A program made the translations under genes and the position numbers. A DNA stretch of 52,569 bases from Tubiluchus corallicola (lineage: Eukaryota > Animalia > Priapulida): the NCBI GenBank assembly GCA_030141605.1, contig JAQGDQ010001244.1:1-52569 (forward strand), in the 5' to 3' direction. The notes under the pieces were generated by a model. That model searched no databases. It was not told the origin of the DNA and worked only from the letters and a program-made list of their open reading frames with translations. Below, piece by piece: positions 50,411-52,569 of the stretch. Within the stretch, counting starts at the first letter, position 1. The number at the start of each line of letters is the position of its first letter.

Positions 50411-52569
50411 GCTGGGAGGTGAGCAAAATGCAGAGAAGCTAAGAGCGAATTCGTCATGGAATGCCCAAAATCATTTCATTTCAAATAATTATATGAGTAA
50501 GATGAGTAAATAAGATGAAATATTTGTATTTTTTGAATATTTATGAATTCCTATGTTAAGCGTTAGAAAGTTAGTACTGCAAGTTGTAGAGATAAATTTA
50601 ATAGAGGCAAATTAAGGTTATCTTTTTTCAATGAAAATCGTGCGAAAGATCTTGCTGCCAAAACAACAAACGAACAATTATAAAAAGTATATGGAAAATG
50701 TATCACAGCTTAAGTGGACCAATGGGAAAAAATACATTAGACTTAACCACCTGTTAGATCCATCAGAGTTCTCTTTATTTCCTCGCAGTTCTGCTTTGAG
50801 TTGAACCACCATGAGTGTTTTTGAAGCGTTTTTCTATATCTGCCCATGGCCTACAGTAATTTCTTAACAATGATGAATTTGTGAGTCATGTCAACTCTGG
50901 AAAGCATACGTTCTGTGTAATTCGATTTTAAATCAATATAGAGTGCAGTTAAAATTTATCTAATACCAGAAATCAATCCAAGCTCCACGATTAACCGAAG
51001 CATCTTGTTCATAGCTAAGACGCTTGGTGAATAAATTATCTAGGGCTCTATAGCCGGTGACCGCTAATCAAGTCATAGGAAAAAAGTCACAATTAATTTG
51101 TGGTGGCCGGAAACCGGAAGTCACAGTCTTGGCTATTCGATATCTTAGGGTTAGGTTATATCTTTTTTTCTGTGATTTTCGACGACTTTTTTCTGTGATT
51201 TCTAACTGCGACTTTATTACCTGGATTCTTATAGGCAAACCATTTAATGCGAGCGTGGAAACACAGATTTTTATGGATGGGTGTGCACGCGTCTGTAATT
51301 TAGATGCGTTTTTTTGGTTACGAGCTGTCTTACTCTGGCGTATGTGCATACTCTTTGTCTAGATATAAACCAAAGTGTTCAACATGCGCGGTCAGAGTAA
51401 TAACCCCCCAGGAGATCGCTTTACTCATCTGGGCGATTGCCAATCCTTGCGGGTTGGTGGGGTACTTTTTATTGTGGCTTAAAAATCGAGGAATTTCCAG
51501 TTGATAGAGGAACATTTTGCCGCGTGTGGTTTTAATAATAAATAATTTCTGAAGTGGCGCAGTAACTGGTTGGTTTGTGTGATTATGCAAATACTCGGCG
51601 AATTTGTTCATCATATCTTCCTGTACGATTTCTGAGCGTCGACAACTTTGGCAATCCTGTCAATTTTTTTTTATTACTAGGGGATAGGTCTATTGCTAAT
51701 TGTAAGAAATCAAGTTCTGCAACTGCCATATGGATATGGTTGTTGTGAATTGTAATTCCGTTAATAATTAGTTCATTAGATTCAGCTGCACTGTGACGGA
51801 GATTTTTGCATTGGCGCTACTACTCAAGCGAGGCTTGTAGGTACTACATTGGATAACTAGCTATGATGTTTCGGTCATCAATCAATCATTTAATGACTGA
51901 CCTGAACTCTGTTAACTACATGACGTAGACAGTAGGTGCTGTTTCATCAAAGCATGTTCGCCCAATTAAAGGTGAAATATACAAAGTCTTCGGTCAAAAA
52001 AAATTTGTCCGGGTCGCATGATTCTGGGTAATTAAATGACGGTTGACAATAAACCGTAGGAGAGAGTTGATTAGTTTCTAGAAGCCTTTGCTCGTTTGGG
52101 CTGGAATTTGTATGCCAGCAAATGGCTTCTTTATTTCACGGCTCTTCACGTCTTCTTTTGGCTTCATTTAAGTGGGCATGGTTTTCACTTGTATGTTGTA
52201 TTCAAGTCATGTTTTCACGGGCTTTGCATTCGCAGCTATTTATTAGAAACTTTGTTTCAAAGACGTGCAGAGGTACGCGTGAACTCATCTGAAAACGTGG
52301 GCCCAGTATGTTGTATACGCTCTGGAGCATTTAATGTCCTTAGAAAACTTAGATAAACTTTGGATAAACATTGCAGCTATACTTAAAAGCAATATCTACT
52401 AGTTTGTTGTTGCCATTTTGACGTCTTTTTGTTTATTCTTATGGTTTGGATAGCTTTGCTCTTGTTTGTGTTTGGCATCTCAATTTCTCCAAGGTTTAAA
52501 GTGAGGAAATGTCTTCCTTTTTGAAAGGGTGATGTTGCCTTGCTGAGTTTGACCCTTTGACAACCAGTA

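Overview
AT-rich eukaryotic genomic DNA, probably from an invertebrate animal (GT-AG introns, LINE and DNA-transposon debris, no operons). It carries three protein-coding genes: a single-coding-exon SABATH-family (Methyltransf_7) SAM-dependent methyltransferase (5918/5987-7111, +), a convergent single-coding-exon ISOC2-like isochorismatase (8793-8176, -), and a six-exon, 360-aa membrane-anchored short-chain dehydrogenase of the RDH/HSD17B/BDH1 type (47753-42106, -), assembled by hand. The most striking structure is a ~5 kb near-palindrome (15385-20429). It resolves into two oppositely oriented copies of one non-autonomous P-superfamily-like element (CAAAG termini) inserted 11 bp apart, each with its own overlapping target-site duplication (7 bp ATCACGA, 8 bp ACGATGTG). 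It abuts a separate foldback-type element (13801-15337, 8-bp TSD). Also present are nested hAT MITEs, a Harbinger-like MITE whose empty site survives next to it, several decayed LINE fragments, a 1.1 kb compound pentamer satellite with an internal inversion, a pri-miRNA-like hairpin (49677-49768) and about 17 kb of apparently non-coding sequence (25-42 kb). All alignments were done by eye and no databases were searched.
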